A stretch of DNA of 64,000 nt from Ignavibacteriota bacterium (GTDB taxonomy: Bacteria > Bacteroidota > Ignavibacteria > UBA10030 > SZUA-254). The stretch lies in NCBI GenBank assembly GCA_016212665.1, contig JACREZ010000040.1, positions 24,178-88,177 of the forward strand, written 5' to 3'. Position 1 is the stretch's first letter. Every line of letters starts with the position of its first letter. The notes beneath the pieces are model-generated. The model saw nothing but the letters and a program-made list of their open reading frames with translations, was not told the DNA's origin and made no database searches. Below, in pieces: positions 19,275-28,674 of the stretch. The translations under genes and the position numbers were made by a program.

Positions 19275-20522
19275 TTACAGAGATTTTTCGAGAATATCAA
19301 CCAATGAATCCATCGTCGGTTTAACCTCTAACGCCTTCCCCGCCGCCTGCTTCGCCGATTGAATATCCTTCAACCCGTTTCCGGTTATCATCACCAACGC
19401 CGACTCGTGCGACTTGATGATATTTTGTTGAAGCGCTTTTTTCAATCCCGCCGTGCTTGCAATGCCTGCCGGTTCGCCAAACACGCCGCCAAGTCGAGCC
19501 GTTACTCGCATTGCTTCAAGAATTTCCTCGTCAGTTACGGCAATCATTTCTCCGTGAGATTGTTTGATGTGATGAATTGCCCGTCGCCAGTTGCGCGGCG
19601 TCCCGACAGCAATCGAATCGGCAATCGTGTTTGTGTCGGAAGGTACCAATTCTTTTCCTGTTTGAAATGCTTCAAGCAACGGCTTCGCGCCTTCTGCCTG
19701 AACGCCAAGTAATTTCGGAACTTGCTCGATGAAACCGAGTTGTTTCATCTCCTGCAATCCTTTTCCGATGCCGCCAATGGTGCAACCATCGCCTACAGAA
19801 ACACACACCCAATCAGGGACGTCATCTTTCATCTGTTCGGCGATTTCAAGCCCGGCAGTTTTCTTTCCTTCCACCAAATACGGATTTGTTCCGCTGTTAC
19901 GATTGTACCAGCCGAACTTCTCGCACGCTTCGCGACATAAATCGAACGCTTGTTCGTACGTTCCGAGAACCTTAATAACCGTCGCTCCGAAAATCAGCAA
20001 CTGTGTTACTTTCGGTTCCGGCGCACGCGCAGGAACAAAAATGAAACTCTGCAATCCCACCGCCGCAGACATGCACGCAAGCGAAGATGCCGCATTCCCT
20101 GTTGATGCACATGCAATCGTCTTGAATCCGAATTCGATTGCTTTCATCACGCCAACCGAGCTTGCCCTGTCTTTGAATGAATTGCTCGGATTTCGTCCGT
20201 CATCTTTCAGAAACACTTTTCTGATGCCGAGAAGTTTTGCCAGACGTTTGGCATCATACACCGGTGTCCAACCAACGTGAAGATGCGGAACGTTCAGGTC
20301 GGGAGAGATTGGAAGTAATTCTTTGTATCTCCAGTGGTTGAATTGTGAATTGCGAATTGTGAATTGCGAATTGTCAATGTTGTGGTAATTGTATTGGACA
20401 TCAAGGATGCCTTCGATACCGCACTTCAGGCAAGTGAAGACGTTGCCGTGCGGGTACGTTGCACCACAGATGAGGCATTTGAGTCCGGTTACATAAGGTG
20501 GTGGAGAAAAGTTCATGGTCAT
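19275..20522 (-). CDS. thrC: Threonine synthase
   Basis: N-terminal CxxC…CxxC Zn-ribbon-like region, PLP-lysine 'FKDRASSVGV' and 'GNAASSLA'. It carries an internal heptamer tandem repeat at 20340–20374. Confidence 0.9.
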   Translation of the reverse strand: MTMNFSPPPYVTGLKCLICGATYPHGNVFTCLKCGIEGILDVQYNYHNIDNSQFTIRNSQFNHWRYKELLPISPDLNVPHLHVGWTPVYDAKRLAKLLGIRKVFLKDDGRNPSNSFKDRASSVGVMKAIEFGFKTIACASTGNAASSLACMSAAVGLQSFIFVPARAPEPKVTQLLIFGATVIKVLGTYEQAFDLCREACEKFGWYNRNSGTNPYLVEGKKTAGLEIAEQMKDDVPDWVCVSVGDGCTIGGIGKGLQEMKQLGFIEQVPKLLGVQAEGAKPLLEAFQTGKELVPSDTNTIADSIAVGTPRNWRRAIHHIKQSHGEMIAVTDEEILEAMRVTARLGGVFGEPAGIASTAGLKKALQQNIIKSHESALVMITGNGLKDIQSAKQAAGKALEVKPTMDSLVDILEKSL

Positions 20523-20872
20523 TCTTATTTAGGTGGGATGAATGTACCAAGAATTCAAGTAAAAAGTAAAAAATACTAAAGGAAAAACTTTTTTAATTTT
20601 TCATTTTGACTTTTGCATTGATTAAAAGACGTGTCCCCTTTTGAATTGAATCACGCTCACCACGTTCACGAGTGCGGCGATGCCGAGGAGAATTCCGATG
20701 TTTGGAAGAATGGGAAGTGTGCCGACGCCGCGCCACAACACTTCGAGAAATCCATCCATGGACCAGTAAATGATGGTGAGTTTGCTATAGAGTTTTTGGA
20801 ACTACCCTTCATTGATTACTGAGCCGAATACGACTTCGAATGTCAGAAGGTTGCATCATCGAACATTGGATT

Positions 20873-22057
20873 TTATCTCAATAACAATAGTTTTTTCGTT
20901 TGGCTGAAATCTCCAACATTCAATTGATAATAATACACGCCGCTTGAGAACGATGAACCATCAAACCGTATTGATTTATACCCACCGCTCTGAATTTCAT
21001 TTACCAATGTAGCGACTTCTTTCCCAAGCACATCGTACAACTTCAACGTAACAAAATTTTTACCTTTTAACTGATAACTTATAACTGTTACCGGGTTGAA
21101 CGGGTTGGGATAATTTTGTTCGAGGAAAAATTCAGTTGGTGTGTGTAATTCATGTTCATCAACGCCTGTAACGGAAGTTGTATCGGCGAGCAGATTACTG
21201 CCAAGGGAATGCGGAGTTCCGAATGAAAGCAACTCTCCGATTGTTGTCGCGATATCCCGTTGTGTTCGTGTTGTTGTGACGGTTTTTCCGGCGGGAAATT
21301 TTTCTCCGATGGCAAGCAGCATGATGCGGCGACATCCCTCGCACGCGTCTCCGTGATTTTGAAATCCTCCGTGCGAGTTGTCATGTCGTCCGTGGTCGTT
21401 GGTGATGAACAACGTCGTGCTGTCTTTGTAAACAGAGTCGGCTTGAATTTTCTTCCACAACTCATACGTCAACGAATCGGCGACGCTGATTGCGGTGAGA
21501 TAATTGTTCCAGTTTCCTGCATGTCCCGCAACATCTACGCTTGGGAAATTTATTATCATCAATCTCGGTCGCTTCGTGTTCATGATGGAAAGAACGCCGC
21601 TGTAAACACTTGCATCACTTGAGCCGATAAACTGCGAGGCTTTGTAATTGATGCCGTAGTCTGCGTGTGTGCTGTAGGTGAGAACATTTAATTTCGGTTT
21701 CCCGACTGCGACATACACTGCTGAAGTATCCGCGCCGGTTTGTTTCCTGAAGTATTCAAACACGGTCGGCATCGTCGGGCGAAGTGTTCCGTTGTTATCA
21801 ATTGTCTGCCATGTGCCGGAAAGAATCGAAGCGTGTCCGGGGTTCGTCAGCGTGTACGCTTCGTTGCGGAAGTTTGACCATGTCGTTCCGAGCGGTTTCA
21901 TGTTCTTCCAGATTTTCGGCATGTACGTACTTTCCGCTCCGAACGACTCGGAGTATCTCGCGCCGTCTATCACCAACACAATGACCCGTTGGGAAAATGT
22001 TTGATGTGAAAAAATCAATAAGAAGAATAGCATCGAAAGTAATATTATTCGTCTCAT
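20873..22057 (-). CDS. Nucleotide pyrophosphatase/phosphodiesterase (alkaline-phosphatase superfamily) with T9SS C-terminal domain
   Basis: 'VIVLVIDGARY…TLTNPGHASILSG' is the NPP-type Thr nucleophile context. Signal peptide present. C-terminus 'EQNYPNPFNPVTVISYQLKGKNFVTLKLYDVLGKEVATL…GVYYYQL' is a T9SS CTD. Confidence 0.7.
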   Translation of the reverse strand: MRRIILLSMLFFLLIFSHQTFSQRVIVLVIDGARYSESFGAESTYMPKIWKNMKPLGTTWSNFRNEAYTLTNPGHASILSGTWQTIDNNGTLRPTMPTVFEYFRKQTGADTSAVYVAVGKPKLNVLTYSTHADYGINYKASQFIGSSDASVYSGVLSIMNTKRPRLMIINFPSVDVAGHAGNWNNYLTAISVADSLTYELWKKIQADSVYKDSTTLFITNDHGRHDNSHGGFQNHGDACEGCRRIMLLAIGEKFPAGKTVTTTRTQRDIATTIGELLSFGTPHSLGSNLLADTTSVTGVDEHELHTPTEFFLEQNYPNPFNPVTVISYQLKGKNFVTLKLYDVLGKEVATLVNEIQSGGYKSIRFDGSSFSSGVYYYQLNVGDFSQTKKLLLLR

Positions 22058-22058
22058 C

Positions 22059-22598
22059 TTATCTCCATTTAATTGTACATCCGATGGAATACGTTTCCTG
22101 CACGTTCACTTCCTTCCCTGCAAGCAATGCGTCAACTGCATCGCGAAGATAATTCTCTTTTACCGCCTGAGTATCTTTCCAACTATCATCGAACTTGCCG
22201 GAGTAACAGAGTGTCCGTGCTTTATCAAACACAAAAAACTGTGGCGTATGTGTTGCGCCAAATGCTTTCGCTACCGTTTGATTCTCATCCCGCAAATAGA
22301 TGAAGTTGAATCCTTTCAACTTCGCCCGCTTTACCATGCTCTCGAAATTATCGTCCGGGTAATTTATTTCATCGTTTGAATTGATAGCGACAAGTTGAAC
22401 ACCTTTTGGAGCGTACTCACTTTGAAATGCAATCATCCGTTCTTCGTACGCCTGCACATACGGACAATGATTGCACGAGAAAACGATAACGAGAATTTCG
22501 TTTGTAAAATCGTTTGATGAATAATTTTTTTCGTCGGTGGCGGGAAGGTGGGAAAATGAAGGGAGTGGGTTCCCAGTTTTGAGTTGTTGCTCTGTCAT
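22059..22598 (-). CDS. Thioredoxin-fold redoxin (AhpC/TSA/thiol-disulfide oxidoreductase-like)
   Basis: 'LVIVFSCNHCPYVQAYE…GVQLVAINSND' is a CxxC-type redoxin motif. Confidence 0.8.
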   Translation of the reverse strand: MTEQQLKTGNPLPSFSHLPATDEKNYSSNDFTNEILVIVFSCNHCPYVQAYEERMIAFQSEYAPKGVQLVAINSNDEINYPDDNFESMVKRAKLKGFNFIYLRDENQTVAKAFGATHTPQFFVFDKARTLCYSGKFDDSWKDTQAVKENYLRDAVDALLAGKEVNVQETYSIGCTIKWR

Positions 22599-22845
22599 AC
22601 CATTCTTTCATTGTTCGTGTTGAATATCGTATATCCTTTTGTTCAAATCAAATATTCTTGTCGGAAAGATACGTTTGCAAATGATTTTGTAGAAATATGA
22701 TTAGAACCTGAATAATCTCACGGAACTAAGAGATAGAAAATCCTTCGTAAGGTTACAATTATTGCTTTGCTTCTCTCCAAAAGTCTTAGTAACTTCTCAT
22801 CGTCAGACGATGATGAAAAATCAATTTCTATGAAGGTATATACGT

Positions 22846-23034
22846 ATGCTTGATACAAAAGAACAAGTAATCGAAATGATTAAAAAACTTCCCGATGATG
22901 TAACAGTTGACGATATCATGGGGGAATTATATTTCAAGATGCAAGTAGATTCGGGATTGAAAGAACTTGATGATGGGAAAGGAATTCAACACGAAGAAGT
23001 TGAGCGGCGGTTCTCTGCATGGCAAGCAAAATAA
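22846..23034 (+). CDS. Putative type II antitoxin (addiction-module component)
   Basis: 62-aa acidic protein immediately upstream of, and overlapping, a RelE/ParE toxin gene. Confidence 0.5.
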   Translation: MLDTKEQVIEMIKKLPDDVTVDDIMGELYFKMQVDSGLKELDDGKGIQHEEVERRFSAWQAK

Positions 23035-23312
23035 GGTGGTCGCCACGCGCCATCTCAAATCTTGAACATATCTACAAATATATAGCGACCGATTCTGAGT
23101 ATTATGCTTCATCGTTCATACGGCGATTGCTTTCAATCATCAGGGCAATACTAAGCTTCCCGTTTGCTGGACGCATCGTTCCTGAGTACAGCGATTATTT
23201 CCTCCGCGAAAAAATCTTCAAAAACTACCGAATAGTTTACCGAGTAAAAGAACCGCTCATCGAAATCGTTGCAATATGTCATTGCTCGAAACCATTGGAG
23301 GAAATACTGTAA
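23019..23312 (+). CDS. RelE/ParE-family toxin
   Basis: 'RWSPRAISNLEHIYKYIATDSEYYA…FREKIFKNYRIVYRV…IEIVAICH' is the ParE/RelE fold pattern. 16-bp overlap with the antitoxin gene. Confidence 0.7.
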   Translation: MASKIRWSPRAISNLEHIYKYIATDSEYYASSFIRRLLSIIRAILSFPFAGRIVPEYSDYFLREKIFKNYRIVYRVKEPLIEIVAICHCSKPLEEIL

Positions 23313-23452
23313 CTGTCTTTACGTATTTTTGTTACACTAAGAATTTTATAGACATGGGCTTGATTGGCAATACAATCTTTGAATGAATCTCTTTGTTCCT
23401 CACCCAAAGAATTGGTAACTTTGCATAGTATTTTTCAACTGGAACCCAGACA

Positions 23453-24979
23453 ATGAACCAATTCAAAGACAGCATTTACAAACTTATCGTAGAAACCTCC
23501 ACTAATTTACCGCTCGATGTTCGTCGGGCATTTACCCAAGCAATGAAACGCGAGATTCCCGGAACACAATCCTCTCTTGCATTGCAAACCATGGCAATCA
23601 ATACCGACATGGCGTGCGACAGCGAAGCGCCGATTTGTCAGGACACGGGAATGCCGACGTTTGAAATCAAAACTCCCATTGGCGCGAACCAACTTGCGAT
23701 GAAGAAACAAATTCTCGAAGCGATCGCCGACGCGACGAAGAACGGAAAACTTCGTCCCAATTCGGTGGATTCGCTCACCGGAAAAAACAGCGGCAACAAT
23801 CTCGGCGCAGGAACTCCGGTCGTTCACTTCGAGCAATGGGAAGAGCATGATATTGAAGTGAAACTGCTTCTTAAAGGGGGCGGATGCGAAAATAAAAATA
23901 TCCAATATTCTCTTCCATGCACACTTGAACATCTTGGACGTGCGGACAGAGACATCGAAGGAATTCGGAAGTGTATCATGCACGCAGTGTGGCAGGCACA
24001 GGGACACGGGTGCAGTGTCGGGGCGATTGGTGTCGGCGTTGGCGGCGACAGAACGTCCGGGTACTCGCTTGCAAAAGCACAACTCTTCCGCGAACTCGAC
24101 GACATCAATCCAAATCCCGAACTTGCAAAACTGGAAAACAGAATCATGGAAGATGCGAACAAACTCGGAGTCGGTGCGATGGGGTTTGGCGGCGCAGCGA
24201 CATTGATTGGCTGTAAAATCGGCGCATACAATCGCCTGCCTGCAAGTTTCTTTGTTTCCGTTGCGTATGATTGCTGGGCGTTTCGTCGTCTCGGCGTTGT
24301 GCTTGATGCGCAATCAGGCTCAATCAAACAATGGCTATACAAAGGCGATTCATCAACCATGAAGATGGCTTCGCTTGAAGAACTTCCTCTCACCGGAAGA
24401 GAAATCCGGTTGACAACGCCGCTTTCAGAAGCACAAGTACGAAGTTTGAAAGTCGGAGATGTTGTGTTGCTCAGCGGAAAGATTGTCACCGGACGCGATA
24501 TGATTCATCATCATTTAATAACGCATGATGCACCGGTTGATTTGCGCGGCATGGCGTTGTATCATTGCGGACCGGTCGCGCTGAAGCAAGGCGACAAGTG
24601 GTTCATCAACGCGGCGGGACCGACGACAAGTAGTCGCGAAGAACCGTATCAGGCAGACGTGATTAAGAAATTCGGTTTGCGTGCGGTGATTGGCAAAGGC
24701 GGCATGGGAGCGAAGACACTTGCCGGACTGAAAGAGTTCGGCGCTGTCTATTTGAATGCCATCGGCGGCGCGGCACAATATTACTCAAAGTGCATCGTTG
24801 AAGTGACACGCGTGGATTTCCTTCAGGAGTTCGGTGTGCCAGAAGCGATGTGGCACATGACCGTGAAAGATTTCCCCGCCATCGTCACGATGGATTCACA
24901 CGGTAACAGTCTTCATGCGGATGTTGAGAAAGTTTCGGGTGTTGAACTGGAAAAGTTCCGCGAACCGATGATGGTGTAA
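23453..24979 (+). CDS. fumA: Fumarate hydratase class I (Fe-S, fused alpha/beta)
   Basis: 'CQDTGMPTF', 'HFEQWEEHDIEVKLLLKGGGCENK' and a C-terminal beta-subunit domain; ~508 aa as in FumA/FumB-type enzymes. Confidence 0.9.
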   Translation: MNQFKDSIYKLIVETSTNLPLDVRRAFTQAMKREIPGTQSSLALQTMAINTDMACDSEAPICQDTGMPTFEIKTPIGANQLAMKKQILEAIADATKNGKLRPNSVDSLTGKNSGNNLGAGTPVVHFEQWEEHDIEVKLLLKGGGCENKNIQYSLPCTLEHLGRADRDIEGIRKCIMHAVWQAQGHGCSVGAIGVGVGGDRTSGYSLAKAQLFRELDDINPNPELAKLENRIMEDANKLGVGAMGFGGAATLIGCKIGAYNRLPASFFVSVAYDCWAFRRLGVVLDAQSGSIKQWLYKGDSSTMKMASLEELPLTGREIRLTTPLSEAQVRSLKVGDVVLLSGKIVTGRDMIHHHLITHDAPVDLRGMALYHCGPVALKQGDKWFINAAGPTTSSREEPYQADVIKKFGLRAVIGKGGMGAKTLAGLKEFGAVYLNAIGGAAQYYSKCIVEVTRVDFLQEFGVPEAMWHMTVKDFPAIVTMDSHGNSLHADVEKVSGVELEKFREPMMV

Positions 24980-25017
24980 GAAAACAATTTGAGTTTATTC
25001 AAATAAAAAAAAGACCG

Positions 25018-25112
25018 TCACGCTGAGCGAAGTCGAAGCGTACTCTCAGTCTTCGACTTCCTGCCCGCCGTTACACTATGGCAGGCGGGCGCTCAGGCTG
25101 ACGAGATATTTT
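25018..25112. repeat. GC-rich palindromic structured element / terminator downstream of fumA
   Basis: 'GAAGTCGAAGcgtactctcagtCTTCGACTTC' and 'GCCCGCCgttacactatgGCAGGCGGGC' are nested hairpins. 'CGCTGAGCG…CGCTCAGG' motifs recur at 35285–35330. Confidence 0.45.
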
Positions 25113-25137
25113 CTTCATAATATAAAAAGGAATAGGT

Positions 25138-27699
25138 ATGATTCGACCTATCCATACACATACTGTCGCGCCTTCGCTTCCGAAGGAACTGCAATGTTTA
25201 CAATTCATTGCCTACAATCTTCTCTGGGTGTGGGACCATGACCTGATGGAATTATTCTTTCGCATGGACCCGGACCTGTGGGAACTCACCAACCACAACC
25301 CGGTGATGATGCTCGGCACAATGAGTCAGCAACGACTGAACATACTTTCCCACGACGACGCATTCATGTCGCAGGTGGAGCGATGCTGCGGCAAACTGAA
25401 ATCGTATCTTACAACATCTTCGAGTTGGTTTAAGAAAAGTCATCCCGACGCGGAGAAACTTCAAATTGCATATTTCTCTGCCGAGTTCGGCTTGACGGAA
25501 TGCCTGCAAAATTATTCCGGAGGATTGGGAGTGCTGGCAGGCGACCATCTCAAATCGGCAAGCGATTTGGGACTTCCGATTATCGGTATCGGGTTACTCT
25601 ATCAGCAAGGATATTTCCGACAATATTTAAACGCCGACGGCTGGCAACAGGAACGGTATCCTGAAAATGATTTCTACACGTTGCCGCTTCATCTCGAACG
25701 AAACGAAAACGGCAAACCCAAAACAATTTCCATCGAACTTCCCGGTCGTTCGGTCGCGGCGCAAATCTGGAAGGTACAGGTCGGGCGCAATCCGTTGTAC
25801 CTGCTCGACACGAACATCCCGCAGAATAATCCCGCCGACCAAAACATCACCGACCAACTCTACGGCGGCGACAAGGAAATGCGCATCAAACAGGAAATTC
25901 TTCTCGGCATCGGCGGGTACAGGGCGTTACACTTGCTCGGCTATTCTCCGACGGTGTATCATATCAACGAAGGACATTCCGCATTTCTCACGCTCGAACG
26001 AAGCCTTGATTTGATGAAGGCGCAGAACCTTTCATTCGCACAGGCGGCGGAAGCCACGATGGCGAGCATGGTCTTCACAACGCACACGCCCGTGCCTGCC
26101 GGCAACGATTACTTCCCGCCCGAGTTGATGAAAAAATATTTTTCGTTCATGGCAGAACAACTTGGGTTGGAGATTGATGAATTTCTCGCGCTCGGCAGAC
26201 AAAATCCCGAAGACGAAACGGAACATTTCTGCATGACGGTTCTTGCGCTTCGAATGTCAGATTTCAGTAACGGGGTGAGCAAGTTACATGGACAGGTTTC
26301 GCGCAAACTCTGGCAAAAAGTGTGGGAAGGAATTCCCGTGAACGAACTTCCGATTTCTTCGATTACCAACGGTGTTCACGCTCCTTCGTGGATCAGCCGC
26401 GACATTGCCGGTTTGTACGACAGATATTTGGGACCGACATGGCGTGAAGACCCGGGGCATCACGGAATGTGGAGTCGCGTTCTTCATATTCCCGATGAAG
26501 AACTCTGGCGAACGCATGAACGACGGCGTGAACGGCTCGTCGCGTTTGCGCGTCAACGATTGGGAAATCAATTAACAGCGCGCGGAGTACCGGCATCAGA
26601 AATTGCACAGGCGCGTGAGGTGCTGAATCCCGACGCTCTCACGATTGGTTTTGCACGACGGTTTGCAACGTACAAACGCGCTGCATTACTTCTCAGAAAT
26701 CCTGAACGACTCATCAAAATTCTTTCCAACAAAGAACGACCGGTACAAATTATCTTTGCGGGGAAAGCGCACCCGATGGATAATGAAGGCAAAGATATTA
26801 TCCGACAAATAGCTCACTTCGAGCGGAATCCTGAAGTGCGGCGGCGCATGGTGTTCATTGAAGATTATGATATGGTGGTAGCGCGGTATCTTGTGCAGGG
26901 AGTTGATATTTGGCTGAACACGCCGCGCCGTCCGCTGGAAGCGAGCGGCACAAGCGGAATGAAAGCAACGCTCAACGGCGCGCTCAATGTCAGCATCCTC
27001 GATGGTTGGTGGGATGAAGCGTATAACAGCGGCAACGGTTGGGCAATCGGGCAGGGAGAGGAATACGCGGAAGAAAAATATCAGGACGATGTTGAATCGA
27101 ATTTGCTCTATGATTTACTGGAAAAAGAAATTGTTCCGTTGTATTATTCGCGCGGCGAAGATGATTTACCTCGTCAATGGATTGCGCGGATGAAAACCGC
27201 GATGCGAACCATCGGACCGGAATTCAACAGCAACCGGATGGTGCGGCAATACACGGAAGAGATGTACCTCCACGCCGCAAAACGGGAAGCGAGTCTGAGC
27301 GCGAACAATTTCGAGCGTGCGAAATCATTCGCCGTGTGGCTCGAACACATTCAGGAACATTGGGAAGAACTGAAAATTGCCGGTGTCCATGTTGACGGCG
27401 ACGATGGAATGAAAGTCGGAGATACGCTTGCCGTGAAAGCGACGATAGAACTCGGTGCGTTGAACGCTTCCGATATTTCCGTTGAACTCTATTACGGACA
27501 ACTCAATGCAAAAGGAGAAATCGAAGAGCCGAAAATGATTGCGATGAAACCGGTCAGTGCATCCAAAGGAAAACCTGCAACATTCGAAGGCACAATCAGA
27601 TTGGATTCGAGCGGAAGAATGGGGCACACCGTACGCGTTCTCCCTCTTCATCCCGACTTACATAGTCCGTTTCGGTTAGGGTTGATTTTGTGGGCGTGA
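25138..27699 (+). CDS. glgP: Alpha-glucan phosphorylase (GT35, DUF3417-containing GlgP family)
   Basis: N-terminal '[20 protein letters not shown]' (DUF3417) and PLP site '[17 protein letters not shown]'; ~850 aa. Confidence 0.9.
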   Translation: MIRPIHTHTVAPSLPKELQCLQFIAYNLLWVWDHDLMELFFRMDPDLWELTNHNPVMMLGTMSQQRLNILSHDDAFMSQVERCCGKLKSYLTTSSSWFKKSHPDAEKLQIAYFSAEFGLTECLQNYSGGLGVLAGDHLKSASDLGLPIIGIGLLYQQGYFRQYLNADGWQQERYPENDFYTLPLHLERNENGKPKTISIELPGRSVAAQIWKVQVGRNPLYLLDTNIPQNNPADQNITDQLYGGDKEMRIKQEILLGIGGYRALHLLGYSPTVYHINEGHSAFLTLERSLDLMKAQNLSFAQAAEATMASMVFTTHTPVPAGNDYFPPELMKKYFSFMAEQLGLEIDEFLALGRQNPEDETEHFCMTVLALRMSDFSNGVSKLHGQVSRKLWQKVWEGIPVNELPISSITNGVHAPSWISRDIAGLYDRYLGPTWREDPGHHGMWSRVLHIPDEELWRTHERRRERLVAFARQRLGNQLTARGVPASEIAQAREVLNPDALTIGFARRFATYKRAALLLRNPERLIKILSNKERPVQIIFAGKAHPMDNEGKDIIRQIAHFERNPEVRRRMVFIEDYDMVVARYLVQGVDIWLNTPRRPLEASGTSGMKATLNGALNVSILDGWWDEAYNSGNGWAIGQGEEYAEEKYQDDVESNLLYDLLEKEIVPLYYSRGEDDLPRQWIARMKTAMRTIGPEFNSNRMVRQYTEEMYLHAAKREASLSANNFERAKSFAVWLEHIQEHWEELKIAGVHVDGDDGMKVGDTLAVKATIELGALNASDISVELYYGQLNAKGEIEEPKMIAMKPVSASKGKPATFEGTIRLDSSGRMGHTVRVLPLHPDLHSPFRLGLILWA

Positions 27700-27731
27700 G
27701 TTGGAAGAAATAAAATTGTGGACCATTTTAA

Positions 27732-28367
27732 CTATTTAAATTCACTCCATGCATTTTTTTGCAACCACGTTGCAACTAACCAGACATAATCCCCAAAAAT
27801 CAAATTGCTATGGTCAAGATTTGAACGAGAACAAAGTTCTGGTAATTGACTCTTAAAAATTGAAAATCGTCGAAAGATGAAACTCCCGGATGGGATTAAA
27901 TTAGAATTACTATTCTTTGATTCAGTTTGAAGCCAATTCCTGATAAGATTAATTGCTTCGTGTTGGTTGTTTTGGTGCGATTGAATGTCTTGACCAGAAA
28001 TGTCTGAAATGAATTTTTGATAACGATACCGTTCTTTATCGAGGATGAGACAAATTTTTCGCTTTTGCTTTTTTGAGCCATATGCTTTCGCTCCAAGGAA
28101 AATCCCTAATTCTAAAGGCATATTGAATCGGGGTAATCTTGTCCTTGTATCAAGCTCAGTTCTTGAAATATCGTGAACTCCAAACTGACAGTTCTTGATA
28201 ATTGAATACAACTTTTCTATGCGAACCTGACTTCCATCATCGGATTCCCATGCACATCGTGCTATATAACCGCAGTCAAAAACAGCAAACACGATTGCTT
28301 CAAAGATATTACTATATTTTGAATCAAACGGACAATTAATAAAAACATTGAGAGAATACTTATCCAT
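27732..28367 (-). CDS. TIR-like domain protein (PF10137/Cap12-type 'predicted nucleotide-binding' TIR-like) with ~60-aa C-terminal extension
   Basis: 'NVFINCPFD…', 'QVRIEKLYSII…FGVHDISRTELDTRTRLPRFNMPLELGIFLGAKAYGSKKQKRKICLIL…ISDISG' fits the TIR-like consensus (VFIxHG…iEKf…RARQNVxFELGyFxGxLGR…vCxL…PSDxxG). It lies in a ~35% GC islet. Confidence 0.6.
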   Translation of the reverse strand: MDKYSLNVFINCPFDSKYSNIFEAIVFAVFDCGYIARCAWESDDGSQVRIEKLYSIIKNCQFGVHDISRTELDTRTRLPRFNMPLELGIFLGAKAYGSKKQKRKICLILDKERYRYQKFISDISGQDIQSHQNNQHEAINLIRNWLQTESKNSNSNLIPSGSFIFRRFSIFKSQLPELCSRSNLDHSNLIFGDYVWLVATWLQKNAWSEFK

Positions 28368-28374
28368 GAATTAA

Positions 28375-28674
28375 TCAAACAGCTATTAATAACTCCTGAT
28401 ACGATCGATGATTATCCAACAAGTATTTTCGTTGTTTACTGATAGCGGCCATTACATTTACTGCACGAATAATTGCTCGTTGATTTTTTGTCGGAACTGC
28501 AAGGGGTCTTTGAACTGTACGAACGCTCTGTGGTACGGGTCTTTGTATGGTTGTAATTCTTACTTGTGTCCCGTCCGAAAGCTTGATAATATTCCCCCTT
28601 TTACTAACTATAAATAGTTGTTCTCTCTTTTTTTTTCTTTTTGATGTTTTCTTTGATGTGCGATTATAACGCAT
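28375..28674 (-). CDS. Hypothetical small basic protein (possible partner of the TIR-like gene)
   Basis: 99 codons with a Lys-rich N-terminus 'TSKKTSKRKKKRE'. Stop lies 7 nt before the TIR-like ATG. The AT-rich context makes a chance ORF possible. Confidence 0.3.
   Translation of the reverse strand: MRYNRTSKKTSKRKKKREQLFIVSKRGNIIKLSDGTQVRITTIQRPVPQSVRTVQRPLAVPTKNQRAIIRAVNVMAAISKQRKYLLDNHRSYQELLIAV

Noticed and set aside
22599-22845. Shared 'AGTAACTTCTC' 11-mer at 22790 and 49843 as a possible common regulatory motif
   Set aside because: With only two occurrences of a short AT-rich word upstream of unrelated genes, it cannot be distinguished from chance without genome-wide counts.
23507-24489. 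Two long antisense ORFs (268 aa and 221 aa) opposite fumA
   Set aside because: They are shadow ORFs antisense to a strongly conserved class-I fumarase gene, with Arg/Ser/Cys-rich non-protein-like composition.
28408-28617. Cys-rich 69-aa ORF on the plus strand in the AT-rich islet
   Set aside because: It overlaps the minus-strand ORF that is overlap-coupled to the TIR-like gene. It has no signal peptide or known fold, and Cys codons arise readily antisense to GCA/ACA-rich sequence. It is listed only as a caveat, since the minus-strand 99-aa ORF is itself low-confidence.
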